64,000 nt of DNA from Gaiellaceae bacterium. Lineage in GTDB: Bacteria; Actinomycetota; Thermoleophilia; Gaiellales; Gaiellaceae. Of the stretch, positions 1 to 8,856 are shown in pieces. The translations under genes were made by a program, and so were the position numbers. Within the stretch, counting starts at the first letter, position 1. Each line of letters begins with the position of its first letter. Below the pieces are notes generated by a model. It made no database searches and was not told the origin of the DNA. It saw only the letters and a list, made by a program, of their open reading frames with translations. The DNA is taken from contig JAJTCQ010000002.1 of the NCBI GenBank assembly GCA_021323315.1, positions 15,691 through 79,690 on the forward strand. The letters run 5' to 3'.

Positions 1-43
1 TGAGGCAACGCTCGGAACTCATCGGTCGGCACACTCCTCCTCG

Positions 44-652
44 ATGCTCGACGTCGACACGCCGCACGGCCCGGCACGCGTGCACCTCCGGCACCTGAAG
101 TCGCCGCGCGGTTGGCTCGTCCTCGGACACGGCGCGGGCGGCGGCGTGCAATCGCGCGACCTCACCGCGGCGGCCGAGGCGGCGCTCGAAACGGGGTTGG
201 CGGTGGCGCTCGTCGAACAGCCCTACCGTGTCGCCGGGCGCAAGAGCCCCGCACCGGCCCGCCAGCTCGACGCCGCGTGGCTCGCAATCGTGCAGCGCTT
301 GCGCGACGACGTCGTCGACCGCGAGCCAGTCGTCACGGGCGGACGCTCCGCCGGCGCACGCGTCGCGTGCCGGACCGCGCAGGCGACGGGAGCGGTCGGC
401 GTGCTCTGCCTCGCCTTTCCCCTGTTGCCCCCGCGTCGGGCCGGCGGCAAGCCTGCGCAGAGTCGGCTGGCGGAGCTCGAGGCGGTCCAGGCGCCGATAC
501 TCGTCGTCCAGGGCGAGCGCGACCGATTCGGGATGCCGCCCGGATCGGCGACGCGAACGGTGGTGAAGGTGTCCGGGGATCACAGCTTGCGTTCCGACCT
601 CCCTGCGGTCGCCGCCGCCGTCCGAGACTGGCTCGACCGCCTCGTCGCCTAG
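44..652 (+). CDS. alpha/beta-fold hydrolase (COG3571 / KANL3-Tex30-like)
   Basis: 202-aa ORF. Has a GHGAGGG loop and a G-R-S-A-G nucleophile elbow. Followed by a strong hairpin. Confidence 0.7.
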   Translation: MLDVDTPHGPARVHLRHLKSPRGWLVLGHGAGGGVQSRDLTAAAEAALETGLAVALVEQPYRVAGRKSPAPARQLDAAWLAIVQRLRDDVVDREPVVTGGRSAGARVACRTAQATGAVGVLCLAFPLLPPRRAGGKPAQSRLAELEAVQAPILVVQGERDRFGMPPGSATRTVVKVSGDHSLRSDLPAVAAAVRDWLDRLVA

Positions 653-655
653 AGA

Positions 656-685
656 GGCGGGCGGAGCCCGACGGCTCCGCCCGCC
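656..685. terminator. bidirectional stem-loop between convergent genes
   Basis: Perfect 13-bp inverted repeat GGCGGGCGGAGCC-cgac-GGCTCCGCCCGCC, lying between the stop at 652 and the stop at 691. No U-tract. Confidence 0.5.
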
Positions 686-690
686 TCAGG

Positions 691-2988
691 TCAGGCTTCC
701 CTGGGCTCCGGCCGCGGGACGGCCACCGGCGTGGGCGACTCCCCGCCGTGCGGAGGTTCGATCGTGATGTTCGGCAGCACCTTGTCGAGCCAGCGCGGCA
801 TGTACCACGTCTTCTCGCCGAGCAAGGTGAAGAACGCCGGAATCAGGGTCATCTTCACGACGAGCGCATCCGTGAGGATCGAGACCGCCAGCACGAGGCC
901 GAACTCCTTCGAGATGCGATCCTGCGTGAGGATGAACGCCGCAAACACCGTGCCCATGATGAGCGCGGCGGCCACGACGACCCGGCCGATCGCGGCGATC
1001 CCGTGTTCGACGGCCTCGCGCGTGTTCAGCCCGTGGACGTGCTCCTCGCGGATCCTGCTCATGAGGAAGACCATGTAGTCCATGAACAGGCCGAAGAGGA
1101 TCGCGAAGGCGATCGGCGGGACGAACGTCTCGATCGGGCCGGTTCTGTCCAGCCCGGTCAGGCTCAGCAGGTAGCCCTCCTGGATCACCAGCGTCAGCAC
1201 GCCGAAGCCGACGAAGGCCGACAGGATCGTCGCCACCGCGGCGGTCAGCGACACGACGATCGAGCGGAACGCCATCGCCAGCACGATGAACGTGACGCCG
1301 ATGATGTAGAGCAGGAACCAGGGCAGCCGCTCGTAGATGCGATCCCCGATGTCCTTGAAGGCGGCGTTCAGGCCCGAGACGAAGACGGCCGCCCCGCTGC
1401 CTTCGGTCGCCGCGGGGACGACGTCGCCACGCAGCCGATCGACGAGCTGCGCCGTCTCCTCGTCCTGCGGCGCCGAGTCGGGCGTCACGAAGACGATCGC
1501 CACCGACTTGGAGTCGTTGAACTGCGGCTCGCTCGCCGAGGCGACCCCCGGGAGGTTGCGAACGCCGTCGTACACGCGCTGCGGCGCCTGCTCGTCGCCG
1601 TTCACGTCGACGACGATCGGGATGGGAGCGTTGAAGCCCGCGCCGAAGCCTTCGGCGAGGAGGTCGTACGCGCGCCGGGCGGTCTGCTCGGTCGGCTGCG
1701 TCCCCTGGTCGGAGGCGCCGAGGCGTACGAGCAGCGACGACGCGGAGAGGACGATGCCGAGGGCGAGCAGGACGACGAACACCGGCTTCGCGTGCGACGT
1801 CACCCACCGCCCCCAGCGGGCGATGAGCGTCCGCTCCCGCGCGGCTTCCGAGTCGTCGAGCGGCCGGAGGAACGGCACCTTCAGGCGGTCGACCTTGTGC
1901 CCGAGCTTCGCGAGCACCGCGATGAGCAGCGAGTTGGCGATCAGCACGGTCGTGAGGACGCCGAGCGCCGACCCCATGCCCAGCTTCGTCACGAAGTCGA
2001 GCCCGAAGACGGCCAGGCCGCTGACCGAGATCGCGACGGTCAGGCCGGCGAAGATCACCGCGCGCCCCGCCGAGGCTCCTGCCTCCGCCGCCGCGTCGCG
2101 CGGCGACAGGCCCTCGTGCAGGAGCTGCCGGAAGCGCGTGACGATGAAGAGCGAGTAGTCGATGCCCACGCCGATGCCGATCATCGACACGAGCAGCGGC
2201 GTGATCGTGTTGATGTCGGTCAGGCCGGCGAGGAGAAAGAGCAGCATGAAGGCGCTCGCGACCGCGACGAGCGCGAGCCCGATCGGGATCGCCGCCGCCA
2301 CGAACGTCCTGAAGACGACGAGCAGCACGATGAGCGCAGCCAGGAGGCCGAGCAGCTCCTGGGTCCCCTGCTCGAGCGGCGGGAACTCGGCGTCGCCGTT
2401 GAACTCGACACTCACGCCCGCGGGCTCGACAGCCTCGCGCACCGCCTCCTGCACGGCGACGACCTGCTCACGGTCCTCCTCGAAAACCACGCGGTCGAAC
2501 TGCGCCTCCGCGTACGCGATGCGGCCGCTGTCGGAGAACGTCTGGTCCGAGAACGGGTCACCGACGCTGGTGATCCCCGCCTGTCCGTCCGGATCGGTCC
2601 CGGTTGGCTGGAACGCGTCGCCCTGGATGGTTTGAATCGCCTCTTCGATCACGGCCTGGCGCTCCGGGGTGTCGAGCCGCTCGCCCTCGGGCGCGGCGAA
2701 CACGAGGTTGAGGACGCCGCCCTGCTCGGAGGCGAACTCGGATTCGATCAGGTCAGTCGCCTTCTGCGTGTCGGAGCCCGGTATCTCGAACTCGTCCTTC
2801 AGGCTGCCTCCGAAGGCGCCGACGGCGAAGATGAGGGTGGCGATGATCGCCAGCCAGATGACGATCACGCGCCAGGGGTGGCTTGCGTTCGCGCGCATCC
2901 AGCTCGCGAGTGCGCCCGTCGACAGTCGCTCGTGTGCGGCGAGCCGTTGGGGGCTCGCGGCGGTTCCAGTGGTGGTCTCTTCAGACAT
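691..2988 (-). CDS. MMPL-family (RND superfamily) membrane transporter
   Basis: 765 aa. Two blocks of multiple TM helices separated by soluble loops, the typical MMPL layout. Divergent from a MarR gene. Confidence 0.9.
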   Translation of the reverse strand: MSEETTTGTAASPQRLAAHERLSTGALASWMRANASHPWRVIVIWLAIIATLIFAVGAFGGSLKDEFEIPGSDTQKATDLIESEFASEQGGVLNLVFAAPEGERLDTPERQAVIEEAIQTIQGDAFQPTGTDPDGQAGITSVGDPFSDQTFSDSGRIAYAEAQFDRVVFEEDREQVVAVQEAVREAVEPAGVSVEFNGDAEFPPLEQGTQELLGLLAALIVLLVVFRTFVAAAIPIGLALVAVASAFMLLFLLAGLTDINTITPLLVSMIGIGVGIDYSLFIVTRFRQLLHEGLSPRDAAAEAGASAGRAVIFAGLTVAISVSGLAVFGLDFVTKLGMGSALGVLTTVLIANSLLIAVLAKLGHKVDRLKVPFLRPLDDSEAARERTLIARWGRWVTSHAKPVFVVLLALGIVLSASSLLVRLGASDQGTQPTEQTARRAYDLLAEGFGAGFNAPIPIVVDVNGDEQAPQRVYDGVRNLPGVASASEPQFNDSKSVAIVFVTPDSAPQDEETAQLVDRLRGDVVPAATEGSGAAVFVSGLNAAFKDIGDRIYERLPWFLLYIIGVTFIVLAMAFRSIVVSLTAAVATILSAFVGFGVLTLVIQEGYLLSLTGLDRTGPIETFVPPIAFAILFGLFMDYMVFLMSRIREEHVHGLNTREAVEHGIAAIGRVVVAAALIMGTVFAAFILTQDRISKEFGLVLAVSILTDALVVKMTLIPAFFTLLGEKTWYMPRWLDKVLPNITIEPPHGGESPTPVAVPRPEPREA

Positions 2989-3104
2989 GCACTGCCCCCT
3001 CTGTTGCGGTCTTCAGATGACGGCCAAACCTGTTCAAACTCATCGGCCTCCTCGTTTCTTCCCGCCTGCCGGGCAATGCAGGACGAGGTCTGCTGATAAG
3101 CTAG

Positions 3105-3120
3105 TTAGACACCTATCTAA
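3105..3120. promoter_or_regulatory. candidate MarR operator (TTAGA-N6-TCTAA inverted repeat)
   Basis: Sits in the only AT-rich stretch of the MMPL/MarR divergent intergenic region, 18 nt upstream of the marR ATG. Confidence 0.3.
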
Positions 3121-3137
3121 TCAAACGAGATATCAAT

Positions 3138-3611
3138 ATGTCAAGAGAAAAGAAGCGGCAGCTCGTCGACGAGCTGGTCCAGATGGCCCGCGCGCACGAG
3201 GCAGCCAACGATGCGTTCGACGAGGTCGCGCGAGAGAAGCTCGGGATCAACCGTACCGATCTCCGTTGCCTCAACATCATCGACAACTCGGGGCCGATGA
3301 CGGCGGGCCGGCTGGCGGAGCTGAGTGGACTGACGACTGCGGCTGTCACGTCGGTGCTCGACCGCCTCGAGCGGGCGGGCTATGCCCGACGCGTCCGTGA
3401 CCAGCCGGACCGGCGCCAGGTGCTGGTGGAAGTGACTTCGCTGCTGGCCGAACGCGCCACGCCCATCTGGGGACCGCTCGGCGAGGAGGCGCGGTCAACC
3501 CTCTCGCGGATGTCGGCGGACGAGCTTCAGGCCCTCATCGATTTCTACCGCCTGGGCATCGAGCTCAACGAGCGGCACATCGAGCGCGTACGACACCTCG
3601 ACACCGCATAG
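3138..3611 (+). CDS. MarR-family transcriptional regulator
   Basis: 157 aa. Winged-HTH core: LNIIDNSGPMTAGRLAELSGLTTAAVTSVLDRLERAGYARR...DRRQV. Confidence 0.9.
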   Translation: MSREKKRQLVDELVQMARAHEAANDAFDEVAREKLGINRTDLRCLNIIDNSGPMTAGRLAELSGLTTAAVTSVLDRLERAGYARRVRDQPDRRQVLVEVTSLLAERATPIWGPLGEEARSTLSRMSADELQALIDFYRLGIELNERHIERVRHLDTA

Positions 3612-3859
3612 ACACCAGCCGGCAACCTCAGTCGACGGCCTTGAGGACACGGTCGACCTCCTCGATGCCCTGCTCGCGGTCTGCGATCTGTCCGCGCAGC
3701 TGTGCCAGCGCATCGTTTGCCTTCTGGAGCTCGGCCGTCGTGTCGCGTCGAACGGCGCTGAGCTCGTCGACGAGCTTGCGGTACTCCTTGTCGTGGCCGC
3801 TTCGCCAGGTCGGTCAACTAAGCGCTGAGTTCCGCGGGTTGCGGGGGTCTAAACCCGCG

Positions 3860-4153
3860 ATGCCCATACCTGCGCCGCACGAGGTCGCCTTCGCCATCAG
3901 CGGCCCGATCGCCCGCGCCGATCTTCCTGGTCTCTGCTCCCGTGTGTGCGCCGTCCTCGGCGAGTGCGGCTCGGTCGTGCGCTGCGACGTCACGGGCGTG
4001 GAGCCGGATGCGGTGTGCGTCGACGCCCTGGCGCGTCTCCAGCTCGCCGCGCGGCGGCGAGGGTGCTGGGTGCGGCTCGAGAACGCCTCGCCACATCTGC
4101 TCGAGCTCGTGAACCTGATGGGTCTCACCCACGTTCTGCCGGCAGGCGACTGA
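3860..4153 (+). CDS. STAS-domain protein (anti-sigma-antagonist-like, no phosphorylatable Ser apparent)
   Basis: Internal ATG at 3860 of ORF 3641..4153. The 97-aa product has a STAS-like pattern (...DVTGVEPDAVCVDALARLQLAARRRG...). The upstream part of the ORF looks non-coding. Confidence 0.55.
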   Translation: MPIPAPHEVAFAISGPIARADLPGLCSRVCAVLGECGSVVRCDVTGVEPDAVCVDALARLQLAARRRGCWVRLENASPHLLELVNLMGLTHVLPAGD

Positions 4154-4195
4154 GCCGAGCGTTTCGCGAGGTCGCTCGAGTGGAACTGACTTCTC

Positions 4196-4594
4196 ATGGC
4201 CGACTACACGCATACGAACCTCGCCGAGCTCGAGGACGTGGCCGTCAAGGGCGGTTTCTCCGAGTTCCAGGAAGCCCGTTTCGCGAACCGGGACCTGGAG
4301 CTCGAGAGCCTGGGCGTGTCGTACCAGATCGTGAAGCCCGACAAGCATCACGCATTCGGGCATCGACACCAGAAGGCCGAGGAGGTCTACGTCGTTCTCT
4401 CCGGCTCCGGCAAGTTCCACCTCGACGACGAGGAGGTCGCCGTCGAGCGTCTCGACGCGATCCGCGTCGGCCCGGAAGTCACGAGAGGCTTCGAGGCAGG
4501 CTCCGACGGCCTGGAGCTGATCGTCTTCAGCCCGCAGGCGCCCGGCGACGCCGAGATCGTGGCGGATTTCTTCGAGGAACCCGCCGCGCGATGA
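4196..4594 (+). CDS. cupin-domain protein
   Basis: 132 aa. Cupin motif FGHRHQKAEEVYVVLSGSG (H-x-H...E...G). Confidence 0.75.
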   Translation: MADYTHTNLAELEDVAVKGGFSEFQEARFANRDLELESLGVSYQIVKPDKHHAFGHRHQKAEEVYVVLSGSGKFHLDDEEVAVERLDAIRVGPEVTRGFEAGSDGLELIVFSPQAPGDAEIVADFFEEPAAR

Positions 4595-4646
4595 GAAACG
4601 GCGGCCGGCGCCGTCCAACGTCCCGCAAGCTCGAGGAGGAGTAGCG

Positions 4647-5084
4647 ATGTCCGCGTCACGCCAGTTGTTCGTCAACCTCGCCGTCGACGATCTCGACCGG
4701 TCCGTCGCGTTCTTCACGGCACTGGGCTTCTCGTTCGACCCGCGCTTCACCGACGAGACGGCCACGATGATGATCGTGGGCGAGGACGCCTCCGTGATGC
4801 TCCTGACCAGGGCGAAGTTCGGGGAGTTCGCGAAGAAGCCGATCGCGGACGCCTTCTCGCAGACCGAAGTGATCCTGGCGTTCTCGGCGGCGAGTCGCGA
4901 GGGTGTCGACGAGCTCGCCGATGCCGCGCTGGCGTCCGGCGGCTCGGACGCGAACGACCCGATCGACTTCGGTTTCATGTACAGCCGCAGCTTCCAAGAC
5001 CCGGACGGGCACGTCTGGGACGTCGTCTGGATGGACGAGACGGCCGTCGCGAGCGAGGCGGGAGCAGCAGGCGCCGCGGCGTAG
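4647..5084 (+). CDS. VOC / glyoxalase-bleomycin-resistance family protein
   Basis: 145 aa. N-terminal FVNLAVDDLDRSVAFFTALGF and C-terminal FQDPDGHVWDVVW, both typical of the VOC fold. Confidence 0.8.
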   Translation: MSASRQLFVNLAVDDLDRSVAFFTALGFSFDPRFTDETATMMIVGEDASVMLLTRAKFGEFAKKPIADAFSQTEVILAFSAASREGVDELADAALASGGSDANDPIDFGFMYSRSFQDPDGHVWDVVWMDETAVASEAGAAGAAA

Positions 5085-5089
5085 TTCGC

Positions 5090-6070
5090 TCAGGCGCGTG
5101 GGTACTCGAGCGGCAGCCCGAAGCGCGGGAAGACAGTCTCGACGTCGAGGAAGAACGTGAGCTCGACGACCTTGCCGTCCTCGATCTCCACGACCTGCAG
5201 CGCCCACGGCTCGTATCCGTCGCCATTCGGCTTCGGCCGGTACTGGCCGAACGCCGGCGCGCCGTTCGCCGCCGGCGCCGCGACCACGCGCGAGTCGCGG
5301 CATGTGATCCCGGGGCCGAACCACCATGTGAGGATGTCCTCGCGGCCAGCGAGCCAGAGGTCGAACGGAGGCATCGACTGCGTCGCGTCCTCGTGGATCA
5401 GGGCGGTCAGCGCGCTCATGTCGTACGCCTCGAACGCCGCGACGTAGCGCTCGAGGAGCTCGGCGTCGGCCGCGTCGACCGACGGCGCAGTGCTGGACGG
5501 AGTCGCGTCGCTGGTCTGAAGGGTGGCGCGAGCCCGCTGCAGCGCGCTGTTCACGGAGGCCACGCTCGTCTCGAGGAGCTCGGCAACCTCGGCCGCCTTC
5601 CAACGGAGAACCTCGCAGAGGATGAGCACTGCACGCTGGCGCGGGGGAAGGTGCTGGAGCGCGGCGACGAACGCGAGCCTGACCGACTCACGCGACGCCA
5701 CGACCTCCGCCGGATCTCCGTCAGAGACGATTCGCCCGTCCGGCATCGGCTCGATCCAGAGCTGATCCGGCGTGCGCAGGTTCTCGACGATCGGCTCGCC
5801 GGCCGGGCCGAGGTCCATCGGCCGCGCGCGCCGTTTCCGGCTCTCGAGCATGTCGAAGCAGATGTTCGTCGCGATGCGATAGAGCCACGAGCGCAGCGCC
5901 GAGCGGCCCTCGAAGCTGTCGTATGCGCGCCAGGCGCGAATGAACGTCTCCTGCACGGCGTCCTCGGCGTCGACGGACCCGAGCATGCGATAGCAGTACG
6001 CGGTCAGCTCGACGCGGTACTGCTCGAGCTGCTCCTCGAGCGGTGGCGCGAGAGTGGTCGGCTGAGACAT
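5090..6070 (-). CDS. ECF sigma-70 factor with fused C-terminal NTF2/SnoaL-like domain (TIGR02960 / ECF41-56-like)
   Basis: Start taken at ATG 6070 (MSQPTTLAPPLEEQLEQYRVELTAYCYRML). Sigma regions 2 and 4 are recognisable. About 130 aa of C-terminal extension ends in ...FFLDVETVFPRFGLP. Confidence 0.85.
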   Translation of the reverse strand: MSQPTTLAPPLEEQLEQYRVELTAYCYRMLGSVDAEDAVQETFIRAWRAYDSFEGRSALRSWLYRIATNICFDMLESRKRRARPMDLGPAGEPIVENLRTPDQLWIEPMPDGRIVSDGDPAEVVASRESVRLAFVAALQHLPPRQRAVLILCEVLRWKAAEVAELLETSVASVNSALQRARATLQTSDATPSSTAPSVDAADAELLERYVAAFEAYDMSALTALIHEDATQSMPPFDLWLAGREDILTWWFGPGITCRDSRVVAAPAANGAPAFGQYRPKPNGDGYEPWALQVVEIEDGKVVELTFFLDVETVFPRFGLPLEYPRA

Positions 6071-6093
6071 CCGACCATGGTACGAAACCGGAC

Positions 6094-7074
6094 TCAGCGG
6101 CCGAGGAGAGACAGAACGCGTTCGCAGACGAGCTCCACTCCGACGAGCGGCGTTCGGCCCTGCGGCGTCCCGAGCTCGACGCGATCCGCACCCGCTTCCC
6201 ACAGCTCGAGCACGCGCTCGGCGACCTCCTCGGGCGTCCCGGCGATGCAGAAGCGGTCGAGGCGCGGCCCTTCTCCCGGCACGAGCGTGGGATCGTGGCG
6301 TGCGACGACGTCGAGATACGGCTGGACGACGCAGGTCGCACGCTCTCGCGCCCAGTCACCGTCGTCGTCGACGACGGTGACGCAGCCGACCACGAGCCGG
6401 ACGTCCGGATTGGCGATCCAGCCGCGCACGACGGGGAGCAACTCTCCGTTCGCGGTGCCGCCGATCTTGACCTCGTCGGCCACCGAGCCGGCCCAGCGTG
6501 CCGTGTCCTCGCCCCACGTGCCGATCAGGAGCGGTACACGCTGGCGGACACGCGGGTAGGCGAGCGTCGTTCCGGGCAAGAGCGTGAAGCGCTCCCCGGC
6601 GACGCCGGACTCATCGCCTGCGAGCAGTGCCTCGATGATGGCGACCGACTCCTGCAGCGCGGAGAGCGGCCGGGTCTGGTCGATCCCGAGACGGTCGAGC
6701 CACGCTCCCTTCGCGAGGCCGAGGTACGCGCGCCCGTCCGAAACGGCGTCGAGCACCGCGATCTGACCCGCGATCTCGTACGGATGCAGCGTGAACGGAT
6801 TGAGCGCGGCCGGCCCGAGCCGGATGCGCTCGGTCACGCGCGCCATGAGGAGCAGCGGCCCGATGGCGGGCTGGTAGAGCAGGTCGTGGAAGACCGAGAG
6901 AACGTCGATGCCCGCATCCTCCGCGCGGCGCGCGATCGCCTCGTACGTCGCCGGCTCCTGGTCGGTTCGCAGGCCGATGCCGAGCTCGCGCGCTACGTGA
7001 GCTCCTCGGTGACGAGCGCCCGCTCGCCGATGCGCTCGATGCGCATGATCACGCGCTCGTCCGGATCGGGGCAC
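6094..7074 (-). CDS. LLM-class (luciferase-like) F420/flavin-dependent oxidoreductase; start unresolved
   Basis: The conserved LLM core begins at ...ELGIGLRTDQEP (about 6987). The only upstream ATG/GTG/TTG is GTG 7074, which overlaps the upstream gene by 82 nt. Confidence 0.75.
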   Translation of the reverse strand: MPRSGRARDHAHRAHRRAGARHRGAHVARELGIGLRTDQEPATYEAIARRAEDAGIDVLSVFHDLLYQPAIGPLLLMARVTERIRLGPAALNPFTLHPYEIAGQIAVLDAVSDGRAYLGLAKGAWLDRLGIDQTRPLSALQESVAIIEALLAGDESGVAGERFTLLPGTTLAYPRVRQRVPLLIGTWGEDTARWAGSVADEVKIGGTANGELLPVVRGWIANPDVRLVVGCVTVVDDDGDWARERATCVVQPYLDVVARHDPTLVPGEGPRLDRFCIAGTPEEVAERVLELWEAGADRVELGTPQGRTPLVGVELVCERVLSLLGR

Positions 7075-7298
7075 GCGACGAGGGAGTCCTGCTCGAGCCA
7101 GTCCTCGTCCCGCAGGCGGCGCATCTTCGCAGGAAGGAGCGGGAGCACCGACTGCAGGGCGAAGAGACAGAAGTGCTTGCCCTCGGGGATGCGCACGCGG
7201 CTGGACTCCGTCACCTCGAACGAGTCGCCGATCTCGAGCCCGCAGACGGATCTCCCTTCGATCCGCTCGACCGTCACGCGAAGGTCGTAGAGCCGCAT
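6993..7298 (-). CDS. TIGR04076-family small protein
   Basis: 101 aa from ATG 7298: MRLYDLRVTVERIEGRSVCGLEIGDSFEV...KHFCLFALQSVLPLLPA...ACPDPDERV, matching my memory of the family pattern. Confidence 0.7.
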   Translation of the reverse strand: MRLYDLRVTVERIEGRSVCGLEIGDSFEVTESSRVRIPEGKHFCLFALQSVLPLLPAKMRRLRDEDWLEQDSLVACPDPDERVIMRIERIGERALVTEELT

Positions 7299-7359
7299 CT
7301 CGGTCACGCCGCGGACGATAACCACATGGACGCGAAGCGCCTCGCTAGGGTGCGCGGTC

Positions 7360-8850
7360 ATGAGCGAGGCCGTCATGCGCACTCCCGCGCAGGACCACCA
7401 CGTGAACCCGTGGCTCGTGCTCTGCCTCGTCTGCATGGCCCAGTTCATGGTGATCCTCGACGCGACGATCGTGAACGTCGCTCTGCCCTCGATCCAGGAA
7501 GACCTGGAGATGTCGGACGCCGACCTGCAGTGGGTCGTCAACGCGTACGCGCTCACCTTCGGCGGCTTCCTGCTTCTCGGCGGGCGCGCCGGCGACCTGA
7601 TGGGGCGCAAGCGGATCTTCCTGGCCGGGGTCGTGCTCTTCACGGTCGCTTCGCTCGCAAACGGGCTGGCTCCGACGTCGGAAGCGCTGATCATCTTCCG
7701 CGGAGTCCAGGGGCTCGGTGCGGCGCTCGTCGCCCCAGCCGCCCTGTCGATCATCACGACGACCTTCGAGGAGGGGGCCGAACGGACGAAGGCAATGGGC
7801 GTGTGGGCCGCCATCGCAGTCGGCGGAGCCGCCGTCGGACTGGTCCTCGGTGGCATCCTCACGACCGCCCTGTCGTGGCCCTGGATCTTCTACGTGAACA
7901 TTCCGGTCGGCATCGCGGTGTTGCTGGCGTCGCTTCGCTTCGTCCCGGAGTCCAAGGACGAGCGCGCACACAAGAGCTTCGATCTCGCGGGGGCGATGAC
8001 CGTCACCGCTGGCCTGCTGGCGCTCGTCTACGGGATCGTCAAGGCACAGGAGAAGGGCTGGACGTCGCTCCACACGGGCGGCTTCTTCGCGCTCGCCCTC
8101 GTGCTGCTCGCCGCGTTCGTGGTCATCGAGCGCCGTTCGGTCGAGCCGCTCGTCCGGCTCGGCATCTTCCGCGTGCGGACGGTACGCGCCGCGAACGTCG
8201 TCATGTTCCTGGTCGCCGCCGGGCTCTTCGCGATGTTCTACTTCAACACGCTCTACCTCCAGCGCGTGCTCGGCTACTCCGCGCTCGAGGCAGGCCTCGC
8301 ATTCCTCCCGTTCACCGCCGGGATCATCGTCGGGGCGGGGCTGTCCCAGACCCTCGTGCCCAAGCTGGGCGCGCGCGAGGTGCCGTTGATCGGCATGCCG
8401 ATGGCCATCGTCGGGCTCCTGCTGTTCGTGCGACTCCAGCCCGACGGCTCCTACGTAACGGATCTCCTGCCCGGGATCCTCCTCGCATCGGTCGGCATGG
8501 GCCTCACGTTCGTCCCGATCACGCTCATCGCGACGAGCGGAATTCCACACGACGACGCCGGGCTCGCATCGGGCCTCTACAACACGTCGCAGCAGATCGG
8601 CGGCGCGCTGGGCCTCGCGATCCTCGCGACGCTGTCAGTCGAGGCGACCGAGGACACGCTGACAGGGCTCGGGCGCGAGCCGCAGCCCGCCGACCAGGCA
8701 CAGGCACTCGTGGACGGCTTCCACGTCGCGTACCTCGGAAGCGCGCTTCTCATCGCGGGTGGGGTCGTCGCGCTCGTCTTCCTGCTGCGGCGCGAGGACG
8801 TCGTCGCGGTCGGCGAGGGCGAGGCGGCCATGGGAACCGCCGCCGGCTGA
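7360..8850 (+). CDS. MFS transporter, DHA2 (EmrB/QacA, 14-TMS) type
   Basis: 496 aa. Motifs MVILDATIVNVALPSI and GRAGDLMGRKRIF. Confidence 0.9.
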   Translation: MSEAVMRTPAQDHHVNPWLVLCLVCMAQFMVILDATIVNVALPSIQEDLEMSDADLQWVVNAYALTFGGFLLLGGRAGDLMGRKRIFLAGVVLFTVASLANGLAPTSEALIIFRGVQGLGAALVAPAALSIITTTFEEGAERTKAMGVWAAIAVGGAAVGLVLGGILTTALSWPWIFYVNIPVGIAVLLASLRFVPESKDERAHKSFDLAGAMTVTAGLLALVYGIVKAQEKGWTSLHTGGFFALALVLLAAFVVIERRSVEPLVRLGIFRVRTVRAANVVMFLVAAGLFAMFYFNTLYLQRVLGYSALEAGLAFLPFTAGIIVGAGLSQTLVPKLGAREVPLIGMPMAIVGLLLFVRLQPDGSYVTDLLPGILLASVGMGLTFVPITLIATSGIPHDDAGLASGLYNTSQQIGGALGLAILATLSVEATEDTLTGLGREPQPADQAQALVDGFHVAYLGSALLIAGGVVALVFLLRREDVVAVGEGEAAMGTAAG

Positions 8851-8856
8851 CGCTGC

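Noticed and set aside
112-3096. Very long Arg/Ala/Pro-rich ORFs: 112..3096 (+), 7173..10103 (+), 8635..10029 (-), 34486..37128 (-), the 5' part of 36550..39219 (+), 9926..11566 (-).
   Set aside because: They run antisense to, or out of frame with, genes that have clear family motifs. Their low-complexity Arg/Gly/Pro composition is what off-frame reading of ~70% GC DNA produces. I treated them as shadow ORFs.
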